Source: Prevotella sp. (lineage in GTDB: Bacteria; Bacillota; Clostridia; Christensenellales; UBA1242). Taken from it: DNA of 64,000 bases. Below the pieces are notes generated by a model. That model had not been told where the DNA came from and made no database searches. It saw only the letters and a list, made by a program, of their open reading frames with translations. The position numbers and the translations under genes are program-made. This document shows positions 1-10,418 of the stretch, piece by piece. The DNA lies in assembly GCA_023666145.1 (NCBI GenBank), contig JAMPCO010000001.1, positions 16,579 through 80,578 of the forward strand, given 5' to 3'. Each line of letters begins with the position of its first letter. Position 1 is the first letter of the stretch.

Positions 1-2
1 CC

Positions 3-1900
3 TTGGGCAACGGTGGCGGCATTTATAACAATGGCACTTTGAACGTGAACGGCGGTAACATTGTCAACTGCTCCGCGGAAGGCAGTGGGGGTGGTATTTA
101 CGCCACGACGGGTGCGACCGTCAACATTGCGGGTGGCACGTTCAGTTATAACTTCGCGAACGGCACCGATGAAACCGACGGCGGTGGTGCGGTCGCGGTT
201 TTGGAACGCGGTTCCTTAACCTTGACCAACGCGAATTTTATCAATAACCAAGCCAACAATTATGGTGGCGCCATTTTCGCGGCGGAAAACACCACCTTGA
301 ACATTACTACTTTACGTTTGACGGGTAACCAAGCCGTCTATGGTGGTGGTTTGGCATCCGCAGGTAATGGCTCGATTGCCACCGCCACGGTGATGAACAA
401 CACCGCCAATTTGTCAGGAGGTGGCATTTGCGTTTTTGGTGGGGAATTATCGATTGACCAAGGCACGTTCACGGGTAACTCCGCCCAACAAGCCACCGCC
501 AACGGGGAAGGCGACGGCGGAGGTGCGGTCGCGGTGCGCGGCGGTACCTTAACCATGCACGCCGAACGCAACGGCACGACCAGCAACTTGATGTTCACGG
601 GCAACACCGCGCGTTTCGGTGGTGCGCTTGCCAATAACGGTGGCACTTTGCACGTCACGGGTGCGGTAATTCGCGATAATACCGTTAACCACCCGTCCGT
701 GGATGCGTTGGGTGCGGGCGTTGCCAATTTGGGTGCTACATCATCCACCTATACCGATTGTTATTTTACCGGCGGCGTTGCCAAAACTTTGGGACGCGCG
801 TTTTTTGTTAGTAACGGTCACTTAAACATCGACGGTGGTTTGGTGGAAAATCATAACTCGGAAAACGGCACCGCGGTGGCGGCATTGTATTGTGCCACGG
901 GAAATCGGGCGGACGGGGTGTTGAATTTTACGGGTGGTGTGGTGTTACAATACAACACCATCTTGGTTGATTGTTGGAACAGACACGGTTGTACGTTGGA
1001 ATTTAACGGTGCGACCGTGCAATATTGTGGTTATGCATCCAAAACCGAATACGACAATCAATCGGGTTGGGCACCAGTATACATTGTCGGTACAACTAGC
1101 GACCGATTATTTATTTATCACATTAACAACATTAACGCCCACCACAACCGTGCACAATGGGGTTTTATCCGTTCGCAAGAAGGTGGTGCTAATGAAACCG
1201 TTGGTACACCCGACGGCAAAGACGAAGACGTGATTTTCGCCAATAATCAATGCGGGATTTTTACCGGACACTTTAACAATTTTACCGGTATCATTTACCA
1301 CGGTATTTTTGAAAATAATACCCAAACCAGCGCCGAAATCCACGGCAGTATCATTGCCAATAATAGTTACGGTAGTGGCATTCCACAAATTCACGGCGGT
1401 ATTTTCCGCGGTAACACCAGCACCACCGGTTCCGGTGCGGTCATATCCATTTTGAAAAATAATTCGGATAACAGTGGTGTCCCCGGTATTTTGATTACGG
1501 GTGGTACGTTTGAAAACAACACGGGCGCGGCGGGGGTGATTTACGGCAGCGGACAAATTACGATTACGGGTGGTACGTTCCAAAATAACCACGGCACTGG
1601 CGCCGCGGGGGTTTTGTATGCCTATTACACGGATACATATTGGTCGTACGACCGTTTTGTCAATATTGCGGGTGGCACATTCACGGGCAACACGAGTGTC
1701 AATTTGCCGGGTGCGGTTTATGTCAACGACAGCCGCATTAAAACCACGATTACGGGTGGCACGTTCACCAATAACTATGACAATAATCAATCCACCGGAC
1801 AACACAGTGACGGGGGTGGTCTTTACATCCGTGGCGAACTTAACTTGGGCGGCGATGTCGTGATTAAAGATAACACTGCTGGCAGTCAAAAAGTTACGTC
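3..1900 (+). repeat. Polymorphic-membrane-protein-like (parallel beta-helix) Gly/Asn-rich repeat region of the giant protein (approximate bounds)
   Basis: Recurring motifs: GGGIYNNGTLNVNGG, GGGIYATTGATVNIAGGTF, YGGAIFAAENTTLNI, GGGLASAGN, GGGICVFGGELSI, ITGGTFxNN. Confidence 0.6.
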
Positions 1901-4900
1901 CAATTTGAACTGTGACAGTTTAATCACCGTTATCGGTGAATTGACAGGCACGGTGCACATGGCGAAACGCGGACAAATCACCACGGGGTACAGCACGTAC
2001 AACACCCAATTGCCCAAAAACGTGTTTGTTAGCGATTGGGGCGATACCATTGCACGAATCGACGGTGAAGCGGTCGCCGTCCAAAGCGGCAGTAACACCG
2101 ATCAATACGCCATGACGCCTACCGCGATTGCCGCGACGCCGACCTATAACGCCACCGCGCAACCCATTATTGAAGGTTACGTTTCCGAAAAAATGGAAGT
2201 AGTTTCCATCGTGCATACGTGGTTCGACGCCACTAACCAAGCCACGTTAAGCAGCAACAAAGAAACGTACAGCAACCTTGCCAAATACATTAACGCCACG
2301 CGCGGCACGATTATTGTTACGGACGCGGGACAATACGAAGTGACGTTCCGTTTGAAATCGCCGTACGTATGGTTGCAAAATGGCGGTTCGACCAGCAGCA
2401 GCAACGTTACCATTACGGTTACCGTTAATAAATTTATTAGAGAATACTTAGTGGATTACTACCCAAATTATGGTTATACGGGGCAACAATTATCCGCGAT
2501 TTTAACGTTCAAACCCGATATTAACGACGAGGACAGCCATTGGTTAAAAGATTGGACGGTCACGCGCGATGAACAAAATTTATACGGTTTGACGTACGGC
2601 AAAGACACGACAATGGGTGTCGGTTTATCAGGTGATGGTTACATGGCAACCGCCACGCCAATTTATTACGACGGCATGGGGCGCAATTATTATGCGCCGA
2701 CCATCAAAGTGCATTTCCGTATCAGCCAGTATAGTCGGGTCAATATTGACAATGATCAAAACATTGAAGTACGCATTGCGGACGCCAAATACGACGGCAA
2801 CCAACAAAAACCCAGTTTCACCATTTATTACCGTGGCGTTTTATTGGGCACATGGACGGGGACAGCATGGCAAGAAAATACCGCACGTCCGTACGGGCCG
2901 TTCAAAATCAAAGATGTGGTGTACACCAATAACATTATGCCGTCATCCAACGACAACACGCCGTTAGTCACATTCGCGGTTGACACCAGTTATTTACAAA
3001 CCAGCAGTTACAAAGTTATGAATTTCGAAGGCACCACCACGCGCAGTTTCACGATTGACGGTTACGACGTAACCAATGGCGAAGGCACGATGACAGGCGT
3101 AGAAATTGTCGGCGAACCTGTGATTGACACCACCAAGGTTTACGACGGTACGCGTAACGTGGCGGTCGATTGGCAAGGTAAAGTACGGGTAGAAGGTGCG
3201 AATGGCAAGTTGGTTTTGGTCAACATTGTGGCGACGTATGACGATGCCAATGTCGGCAAAGACAAAGTGATTACGGTGCGTTATGTGTTCGGTGGTACGG
3301 AAGCGTATCAATACAGCCACACCTACACGCTGTCAAACGCCGTTATTACGCCGTTAATTATTCACGAAATTTCGGGCATAACCGCCAACAAAGTTTACGA
3401 CGGCACGACCACCGCCACTTTGAACGCCAGCCAAGTCCAATACGACCATTTTGTCAACGGCGACGATCTCAGCGTGACCTTAAAAGACGGCGCAGATATG
3501 ACCTATGCCGTGGCCGACGTCGGTGAAAACAAGCGCATGAACATTTCCGCCGCGGATTTGGTCTTGACAGGGAACGCCGCGGGTAATTACAAATTGGCAA
3601 CCGACCTCGTTGTCAGCGCCAGCGGAACGATTACCCCTGCCAATATGACCGCCACCGCCACGTCGTATACGGGTGTTTACGATGCCCAAGCCCACAATAC
3701 CGTCATACCAGGCACGGTCAAATTGATTGATACGGCAACGGCAGCCGACCGTGACAGCATCCAATGGCAATATTCGTTGGACCAAGAAATTTGGGAAGAC
3801 CAAATTCCGCAAATCACCAAAGCCGCCAACATCCCCGTTTATTTCCGTGTTTCGGCCGACAATCACAAACCATATGAAGGGCAAGTGCAATTTGCTTTGT
3901 CGCCGTTAGATATCAATTCGGTCACGGTCAACATCCGCTTGGGACAAACCGAAGTGTCCTATGACGGAGAAGAACATAACTTAATTCCTTACATTACCGC
4001 GCAATTGGGCGACAACGAAGTCGTTTTGAAAAACATTGACGATTTCCGCATCGATTACACAAACAGTTACACGGGCGGCGATTACGATAACGGCAAAGGC
4101 GACACGAAAAATGTGGGAACAGTGACTTTACGCATTATCGGTTCGGGTAACAGTTTTGTTAACACCTGCAACCAAACCGCGACCTTTAACATTGTGCCGC
4201 AAATCGTCACATATCCCGCCGCCGACACAACGTATTACCACTATAATGGCGCACCCCAAACGTATGTCATTGTCCCCGATGAACGTTACCAAGTTGCGGG
4301 CAACGTGCAAACCGAAACTGGTACGCACGACGTGACGATTACTTTGACGGACAAACATAATTACGTGTGGGAAAACGCATCAACCGACGACTTGATTTAC
4401 CAATTCGTCATGTACGCCGCCGATATTACGGTCAATTGGGAATGGGTGCAAGACCGTTACTATGTTGGTAAAACTTATACGGTGGAACAGGCGTTGACCG
4501 CCGTCGGCAGTAACAAACTTGACGGAACCACAGTTACGGGAACAATCAGTTTCTTAACGACGGACGGCAAATTAACCGTTACCGATCCCGATAACGAATA
4601 TTACGATACGCCAAACCAAATTTTCGATTATTTCATCGATGTCAAATTTACTCCCGATGATGATAGTTACGCACCAGTAACCGCAACTTTGAAAGTGCCT
4701 GCCAAATGGATTGCGGTGGCGTTTAATTCCAACATTGGTGTTGGTTCGGCCAACGCGTACAGCACTTATTTGTACCAAGACACGATCATTTATTTGGATA
4801 ACGTAACCGGTGAAAATAAATTGACCCGTGCGTATTATACCCATGTTGGTTGGACGTTAACCCCGAACTTCGACCCTGTTTCGGCGCGCGACATGACCGA

Positions 4901-7900
4901 AAGTGCTTTTAACCGCAAATTAGACGAACTCGGTGTTGTGCCGTTAAACGGCGAAACCATTGCAACGGAGGATGCCACTTATTATGCGGTGTGGTGTTAT
5001 CTTGATTACACGGTATCCTTCCACACAAATAATCCGCAACAATATACAACATTGTCAACCGACGAACCGATGATGGTTGAAATGTATTGGACGGACGCAT
5101 CAACAAACCAATTTACCACGACTTACAACGGAAAAGTAACCTACGATGAATCTAACCGCGTGAATGTTTACACTTTTAACCACGGCGAATGGATGGCAAA
5201 AAAGCAGAGTATGTTGCTGAACGTCATTCAATGGACGGAAGGCGCAGGCTTCAATTTCGCGTACTGGGCGGACGAAAACGACAACCGTGTGAACAGCGTC
5301 AATTCGTTAGGCAATTTAGATTTGTACGCGCAATGGCAAGGTGCAAAATACGTTTTGAATTTTGTCAATGGGGAAACCACGCTCCAAGAAACCAGCACTG
5401 TGACCAACGGGCAACCGTTATCTGCCAACCAATTACCGACCGTCACGCGTGCAGGTTATAATTTCTCAGGTTGGTTCATCGCGCCGTCGGCGGCGGAAGA
5501 TGCCGATAATTGTGGTGACCAACGGATCATTTTAGACGAAACTGTCATTTGGACCACGGGCGATATGACTTTGTACGCGGGCTGGACACGCAAAAAAGTT
5601 GTGCTGGACGTTGCGAAAGCATCGGGTTTGACCATTGCAATCAAAGCGGCAGAACCCAACGAAGAACCAAAGGTCGTGAACAGCGGAGAATTTTTGGCGG
5701 TTGGTTCGATATTAGAAATTACGGTTACCGCGAAAAACGGTTACTCTTTCCAAGAGTTAATTTTAACCGTTGAAGGAAAAACGGAACATTATTCCAATTC
5801 AATTGTCAATTACGAAATCAAAGACTATAACAGCGATGCCGCACGGATTCCGTTAACGATTCAAGGTACTTGTGTCACGGTCACGTATAACATTACTTAC
5901 AGTCATCAACAAGATGCAGGTGTTTGGAATTTCATTGATGACTATGAGCCACCGTACCAGTTTACGATTGAAAATCCTGTCGCATTACCGACGGGAGAAA
6001 TGGTTAGTCGTGCTGGGTATACTTTTGTTGGTTGGTTCAACAGCGCGGATTTACAAGGTTCCATCATTAAAAACACTAAGGAATTAAATGCGGAAGAATT
6101 AGCCAATTTAACTTTGTATCCGAAGTGGAGTGCAGATGAACAAAATGTCGTCTTGTACAAAGGTGGTAAAGCGTACAGTACGATTGTACAAAACACTGAC
6201 AGCGAATATATTTTAGCGGATTTATCTAACGAAGCGGGTTTTGAAGATTACACTTTCATTGGTTGGAGTTTACAAGCCGATTTAGGCGGTAAATTGTTAT
6301 CGGCCAACAGTACTTATGTGGTGCAATCATCCAATAACAATTTGTATGCGGTTTGGGCGTTCAAAACGGGTAATTTAACGCTTACAGCCGATAAAACAGG
6401 CGATTGGTATAATTTTGGTGCGCCCGTAATTACTATGACCGCAAAATACAATTACACTTATTCTAACACCCGTAATGGAATTAAAGTGTCATATGTTTAC
6501 TATAACGAAAATGATGAAGTCGTTTCCAGTAATAACAATATTTTACAAATCAGCAATGTGAGCGAAAGCGGCAATTACTATTGCGTGGTTTCTATTACTG
6601 ACAACGGTTACGCTTTGCCCGTAACAATCACCAGTGCGGAAATTACCGTCAATGTCTGGCAAAAATCTATTGATACCAATGATTTGGTTTTCGCCAGTAT
6701 GCCGAATCAAATTTATACGGGTAACGCTTTGACACCCACTTTACCAAGCATTACCTTAGAAGGTCACGAGTTAGTTGCTGACACCGATTTTACTTACGCG
6801 TACAGCCAAAATACGAACGCCAACGCTTGGGCGCACTTAACGATTACTGGTCAAGGAAACTTCGACGGTACAGTCGATAAAACTGTTTTCTACATTGATC
6901 CCGCCGCAATGACCGCCAGTGCGACCGCCTATACTGGTATCTATGACGGCAACAGTCACGCTGGTATTGTCAGCAAAGAAGCAAGTCTTGACGACGCAGT
7001 TTGGACGTACTCCATTTATGGCGAAGGCAATACGTATTATTCAACCTTACCCGAATATAAAGATGCGGGCGAATACATTATTTATTACCGTGTCGAAAAG
7101 GTTAATTATACTACTGTAAACGGACAAGCAACCGTTATAATCAGTCCCAAAGAAATTGTAGTAACATGGAGTTCAACCAGTTTCATCTATCGTGCCAATG
7201 AACAAGCCCCAACCGCGACTACCCAAACTGGTATTGTGGACGAAACGTTGACTGTATCTGTACAAGGTGCAGCGGTTAACGCTGGTGACTATGTTGCCAC
7301 GGCGGTAACCACAAATACTAATTACAAACTGGCCAATGCAACAATCAATTATACTATTGCGCCGAAGGCAATTACTGTAACAATAACAACACCTGATTAC
7401 ATTCAACGGGTTGGTGATGAAATCGAATATGTCAGTGCGAGATTGAATGGTATTGAAGATGGGGACAGTGTGACATATATAGCGACTTATTCTGACCGTG
7501 ATTCAGCCGCAGTGATCAATGATAAACCGACTGCCGCTGGTAATTATATAGTTACCATCACGATTGACAACCCTAATTACAATTTGACAGGCTTAAATAC
7601 TGCGCCGTTTATTATTTTAGCGGAAGACCAAACGATTGAAAACTATATCACAATTCAAATTGCGGATTGGATTTATGGTAATGAACCAAGTAACTTAGTT
7701 TATAAATCTGCGGCGCCTTTACGAGAAAATGACCAAGTGGAAATCACTTACTATTATATGGACGGCACTGATTGGGTTGAAATGCCATCTGAGTTAATCT
7801 CCTCGCGTTTGATTGTCGGTCAATACAAAGTTTCAATCTATATCGGAGCGGTGGAATGGGATGAAAGTTATGGACGTACCGCCGCCAGTGCAGAAGAAGA

Positions 7901-10268
7901 GTTTTACGTTTTACCGCGCGAATTAGACTTAACCTGGGGCGAATTGAGTCATACCTACGATGGTGAAAAACACATACCAAATGTGACAATCAACAATTTA
8001 GTCGCAGGCGACCAATGTAATTTTACGTTAGTTACTGGCGAAGATGAGGGCATTAACGTTGGTAAATATGTGGCAACTATTTCTGAATTGACAAACAAAA
8101 ATTATGCATTACCCAATATGGTTAGCCAGGAATATTCCATCAACAAAGCCGCACTCATTGTTAAAATTAACGACCAAACACAGGTCTACCATGCGCCAGA
8201 AACAACCTTGACGGTGGAAATTTTCGGCACGATTTATAATCAAGATAACGACGATGGCAGTGTTTATACTGTCACACGTGCCACGGGTGATGCGGTCGGC
8301 AATTATCGCATCAATGGAAGCAGTACCAACCCTAATTACGCCGTAACCTTTACCTCGGCGGAAGAACGCACATATGGTTGGTATCAAATAACAGCACAAG
8401 AAGTTACCGTCAATTGGCTATACGAACGTGTTGATTATAATGGCGAAGAACATACTGGTTTTGCCCAAATTATTGATCGATACACGGAAGAAGTAATTGA
8501 ATTGCCAATTGCAGCATACCAAAATGAAAAACGGGTTGTCTTCAAGAACGCTGGTATTTATCAATTAAAAGCCATTGATCCCGCAGGTAATTATATCTTA
8601 CAAGATGCTGAAATTGAAGCGACAATCACGCCAGCATCTTTGTTGATTCAGCCCAATGATTTGCGTGTTCGTTATGGTGAAGTCTTAAACTTTACGGTGA
8701 GTATCACTGGTTTTGTTGGTAACGATGACGAAAGTGTATTAACGGGTGGTATCATCAGTTCAATTTATCAATTGAATGATAATATTGTCGGTAATGGAAC
8801 TTATCCAATTTTCGCCAATGGGTACGCCGCTGCTAATTATACAATTAAATATAATCAAGGTACCTTGTATGTCGAAGGCATTGCACTAACAGTTTTAATT
8901 AAAGACCAATCAAGTGTTTATGGCGACAGTATTTTGGATCCTGTCTATGAATTTGTTGACGGAACCTTAATGAATCCAAGTGCAGTTTTTACAATCCAAA
9001 AAGCAAGTGGTGATTCCGTTGGTGAATATGAAATCCGTGGCAGCGTCTTGAATCGTAATTTTTCAGTCACTTTTGTAACCGAGCATGGCGAATCAGATAC
9101 TGCAATTTACACAATTACTCCGCGTGCAATTACCGTTGAGATTTCCGATATAACTTCGGTTTACGCGAGTACGGAAAAGGATTTAACTGCACAAGTAACG
9201 TCGAATACAATCATTGGCGATGATAATGCGGATGGCAGTGTGTACACCTTAGTTCGTGAAGCAGGAAATAATGTTGGTACCTACAAAATCAGCGGTATCA
9301 GCCGGAATACGAATTATCAAGTTAATTTCGTCTCGGCGGTAGACAACGACCGTGCATATGGTCTTTATCAAATTACGCCGAAATCAATCATCGCACCAGA
9401 CCAAGATATGACATACTATGAATACAATGGTCAAGAACAGACATACCAAATTGCTAATTGGATGTACCGCGATTTTTACACGCTGAGTGGTAGTGCGTTT
9501 AACAACCAAACTGAACCGACACAACGCAACGCTGGAACCTATCAATTGATTTTAACACTGGACCCGAATTGTGTTTGGGTCGGGGTTCCCGCAGGTCAGG
9601 AACAAGCCAATTTAGTTTATGAGTTTACGATTCACAAAGCACCTTTTGACCCCGTAACGGTTGATTATACGGCGTACGAAAATATTTACGACGGGTACGA
9701 ACATGATGCTGCGATTATCAATACGTCTGACGAATTGCAATACACTTGGCTGTTCAAAACGGATGATTCCGCTTTATACAGCGAAAGTATGCCACGTTAT
9801 CAAAAAGCCGGTACGTATACCGTGTATTTCAAAATTACATCACAGAATTATGCGGATTACGAAGGCGAATTTACCGTAACAATCACCAAAGCGAAAATCA
9901 CAGTTATCATTGGCGAAAACACAGTCGAACAAAGCAAGAAAGCAATTTTGGACAATTTTACAGTGACAGGTTTGTGTGGTGATGACATTGCGTCTGATGT
10001 GATTGAGTTAATATATACTGGTGAAGAATACGACGCAGACAGCGCGGCGGTGGGAGACACATTCGCATTGGGTGCAATCTTACGCAATGGTTACGAAGAC
10101 TGTTATGAGATTGAATCGGTTGAAACGAACTCCTTAGTTGTCATAGAACCTGCGATGAATTTAGTCCCCATTATCGCCACAGTTGGCGGCGGTATCGTAA
10201 CTTTGGTGGGTGGTGGTACCACGGCAGGCATTGTCATCCGTAAACGTAAAAAAAGTATGGTAAAATAA
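3..10268 (+). CDS. Giant cell-surface repeat protein, 5' end cut by the window edge (at least 3,421 aa). Contains PMP-like beta-helix repeats, MBG-type YDG modules, Listeria-Bacteroides repeats and a C-terminal TM anchor.
   Basis: One uninterrupted ORF running from the window edge; the TTG at 3 is an ORF-caller artefact. The N-terminal ~640 aa are full of GGG(I/L)Y / GGAIF turns. Dozens of modules carry Y(D/N)G..(H/T) cores. There are five GY.F.GW cores. The last ~36 aa are a hydrophobic helix followed by RKRKKSMVK. Confidence 0.85.
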   Translation: MGNGGGIYNNGTLNVNGGNIVNCSAEGSGGGIYATTGATVNIAGGTFSYNFANGTDETDGGGAVAVLERGSLTLTNANFINNQANNYGGAIFAAENTTLNITTLRLTGNQAVYGGGLASAGNGSIATATVMNNTANLSGGGICVFGGELSIDQGTFTGNSAQQATANGEGDGGGAVAVRGGTLTMHAERNGTTSNLMFTGNTARFGGALANNGGTLHVTGAVIRDNTVNHPSVDALGAGVANLGATSSTYTDCYFTGGVAKTLGRAFFVSNGHLNIDGGLVENHNSENGTAVAALYCATGNRADGVLNFTGGVVLQYNTILVDCWNRHGCTLEFNGATVQYCGYASKTEYDNQSGWAPVYIVGTTSDRLFIYHINNINAHHNRAQWGFIRSQEGGANETVGTPDGKDEDVIFANNQCGIFTGHFNNFTGIIYHGIFENNTQTSAEIHGSIIANNSYGSGIPQIHGGIFRGNTSTTGSGAVISILKNNSDNSGVPGILITGGTFENNTGAAGVIYGSGQITITGGTFQNNHGTGAAGVLYAYYTDTYWSYDRFVNIAGGTFTGNTSVNLPGAVYVNDSRIKTTITGGTFTNNYDNNQSTGQHSDGGGLYIRGELNLGGDVVIKDNTAGSQKVTSNLNCDSLITVIGELTGTVHMAKRGQITTGYSTYNTQLPKNVFVSDWGDTIARIDGEAVAVQSGSNTDQYAMTPTAIAATPTYNATAQPIIEGYVSEKMEVVSIVHTWFDATNQATLSSNKETYSNLAKYINATRGTIIVTDAGQYEVTFRLKSPYVWLQNGGSTSSSNVTITVTVNKFIREYLVDYYPNYGYTGQQLSAILTFKPDINDEDSHWLKDWTVTRDEQNLYGLTYGKDTTMGVGLSGDGYMATATPIYYDGMGRNYYAPTIKVHFRISQYSRVNIDNDQNIEVRIADAKYDGNQQKPSFTIYYRGVLLGTWTGTAWQENTARPYGPFKIKDVVYTNNIMPSSNDNTPLVTFAVDTSYLQTSSYKVMNFEGTTTRSFTIDGYDVTNGEGTMTGVEIVGEPVIDTTKVYDGTRNVAVDWQGKVRVEGANGKLVLVNIVATYDDANVGKDKVITVRYVFGGTEAYQYSHTYTLSNAVITPLIIHEISGITANKVYDGTTTATLNASQVQYDHFVNGDDLSVTLKDGADMTYAVADVGENKRMNISAADLVLTGNAAGNYKLATDLVVSASGTITPANMTATATSYTGVYDAQAHNTVIPGTVKLIDTATAADRDSIQWQYSLDQEIWEDQIPQITKAANIPVYFRVSADNHKPYEGQVQFALSPLDINSVTVNIRLGQTEVSYDGEEHNLIPYITAQLGDNEVVLKNIDDFRIDYTNSYTGGDYDNGKGDTKNVGTVTLRIIGSGNSFVNTCNQTATFNIVPQIVTYPAADTTYYHYNGAPQTYVIVPDERYQVAGNVQTETGTHDVTITLTDKHNYVWENASTDDLIYQFVMYAADITVNWEWVQDRYYVGKTYTVEQALTAVGSNKLDGTTVTGTISFLTTDGKLTVTDPDNEYYDTPNQIFDYFIDVKFTPDDDSYAPVTATLKVPAKWIAVAFNSNIGVGSANAYSTYLYQDTIIYLDNVTGENKLTRAYYTHVGWTLTPNFDPVSARDMTESAFNRKLDELGVVPLNGETIATEDATYYAVWCYLDYTVSFHTNNPQQYTTLSTDEPMMVEMYWTDASTNQFTTTYNGKVTYDESNRVNVYTFNHGEWMAKKQSMLLNVIQWTEGAGFNFAYWADENDNRVNSVNSLGNLDLYAQWQGAKYVLNFVNGETTLQETSTVTNGQPLSANQLPTVTRAGYNFSGWFIAPSAAEDADNCGDQRIILDETVIWTTGDMTLYAGWTRKKVVLDVAKASGLTIAIKAAEPNEEPKVVNSGEFLAVGSILEITVTAKNGYSFQELILTVEGKTEHYSNSIVNYEIKDYNSDAARIPLTIQGTCVTVTYNITYSHQQDAGVWNFIDDYEPPYQFTIENPVALPTGEMVSRAGYTFVGWFNSADLQGSIIKNTKELNAEELANLTLYPKWSADEQNVVLYKGGKAYSTIVQNTDSEYILADLSNEAGFEDYTFIGWSLQADLGGKLLSANSTYVVQSSNNNLYAVWAFKTGNLTLTADKTGDWYNFGAPVITMTAKYNYTYSNTRNGIKVSYVYYNENDEVVSSNNNILQISNVSESGNYYCVVSITDNGYALPVTITSAEITVNVWQKSIDTNDLVFASMPNQIYTGNALTPTLPSITLEGHELVADTDFTYAYSQNTNANAWAHLTITGQGNFDGTVDKTVFYIDPAAMTASATAYTGIYDGNSHAGIVSKEASLDDAVWTYSIYGEGNTYYSTLPEYKDAGEYIIYYRVEKVNYTTVNGQATVIISPKEIVVTWSSTSFIYRANEQAPTATTQTGIVDETLTVSVQGAAVNAGDYVATAVTTNTNYKLANATINYTIAPKAITVTITTPDYIQRVGDEIEYVSARLNGIEDGDSVTYIATYSDRDSAAVINDKPTAAGNYIVTITIDNPNYNLTGLNTAPFIILAEDQTIENYITIQIADWIYGNEPSNLVYKSAAPLRENDQVEITYYYMDGTDWVEMPSELISSRLIVGQYKVSIYIGAVEWDESYGRTAASAEEEFYVLPRELDLTWGELSHTYDGEKHIPNVTINNLVAGDQCNFTLVTGEDEGINVGKYVATISELTNKNYALPNMVSQEYSINKAALIVKINDQTQVYHAPETTLTVEIFGTIYNQDNDDGSVYTVTRATGDAVGNYRINGSSTNPNYAVTFTSAEERTYGWYQITAQEVTVNWLYERVDYNGEEHTGFAQIIDRYTEEVIELPIAAYQNEKRVVFKNAGIYQLKAIDPAGNYILQDAEIEATITPASLLIQPNDLRVRYGEVLNFTVSITGFVGNDDESVLTGGIISSIYQLNDNIVGNGTYPIFANGYAAANYTIKYNQGTLYVEGIALTVLIKDQSSVYGDSILDPVYEFVDGTLMNPSAVFTIQKASGDSVGEYEIRGSVLNRNFSVTFVTEHGESDTAIYTITPRAITVEISDITSVYASTEKDLTAQVTSNTIIGDDNADGSVYTLVREAGNNVGTYKISGISRNTNYQVNFVSAVDNDRAYGLYQITPKSIIAPDQDMTYYEYNGQEQTYQIANWMYRDFYTLSGSAFNNQTEPTQRNAGTYQLILTLDPNCVWVGVPAGQEQANLVYEFTIHKAPFDPVTVDYTAYENIYDGYEHDAAIINTSDELQYTWLFKTDDSALYSESMPRYQKAGTYTVYFKITSQNYADYEGEFTVTITKAKITVIIGENTVEQSKKAILDNFTVTGLCGDDIASDVIELIYTGEEYDADSAAVGDTFALGAILRNGYEDCYEIESVETNSLVVIEPAMNLVPIIATVGGGIVTLVGGGTTAGIVIRKRKKSMVK
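4690..6360 (+). repeat. Listeria-Bacteroides (Flg_new-type) repeat region of the giant protein (approximate bounds)
   Basis: Cores YYTHVGWTL, GFNFAYWAD, RAGYNFSGWF, RAGYTFVGWF and YTFIGWSL, each followed by an ..LYA.W strand. Confidence 0.6.
8250..9397 (+). repeat. Three closely related ~55-aa modules inside the MBG-like region (approx 8250-8410, 8971-9135, 9228-9397)
   Basis: The three modules are DDGSVYTVTRATGDAVGNYRINGSSTNPNYAVTFTS..YQITAQEVTV, NPSAVFTIQKASGDSVGEYEIRGSVLNRNFSVTFVT..YTITPRAITV and ADGSVYTLVREAGNNVGTYKISGISRNTNYQVNFVS..YQITPKSIIA. Confidence 0.7.
10161..10268 (+). other. C-terminal transmembrane helix plus basic tail of the giant protein (no LPXTG)
   Basis: The sequence LVPIIATVGGGIVTLVGGGTTAGIVI-RKRKKSMVK* ends the protein. 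No LPXTG-like motif precedes it. Confidence 0.7.
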
Positions 10269-10288
10269 ATTTTAAACCGTAAAAAAAC

Positions 10289-10317
10289 TTGCAATTTAAT
10301 ATAGATTTTGTTATAAA
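10289..10317 (+). promoter_or_regulatory. SigmaA-type promoter candidate for the ABC exporter operon
   Basis: TTGCAA (10289-10294), 17-nt spacer, TATAAA (10312-10317). Confidence 0.45.
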
Positions 10318-10418
10318 GAAATAGTTCGTATGATTATGCCAAATTTAACCAATATTTTTCCCAGTTCGGTTAATATGATAAAATAATCACAATACGAGAA
10401 TTGGAGGGGTAGCGCAAA

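Noticed and set aside
10100-10268. LPXTG sortase signal in the giant protein, and in the S8 peptidase C-terminus
   Set aside because: No LPXTG-like pentapeptide precedes either C-terminal hydrophobic helix.
338-10294. About 35 ORFs (60-260 aa) on the opposite strand or in other frames inside the giant gene, for example 1107-1889 on the minus strand
   Set aside because: All are nested in the single long ORF. Their translations are low-complexity (R/V/T/G-rich) shadows of the Gly/Asn/Thr codon periodicity. None has an SD or promoter signal.
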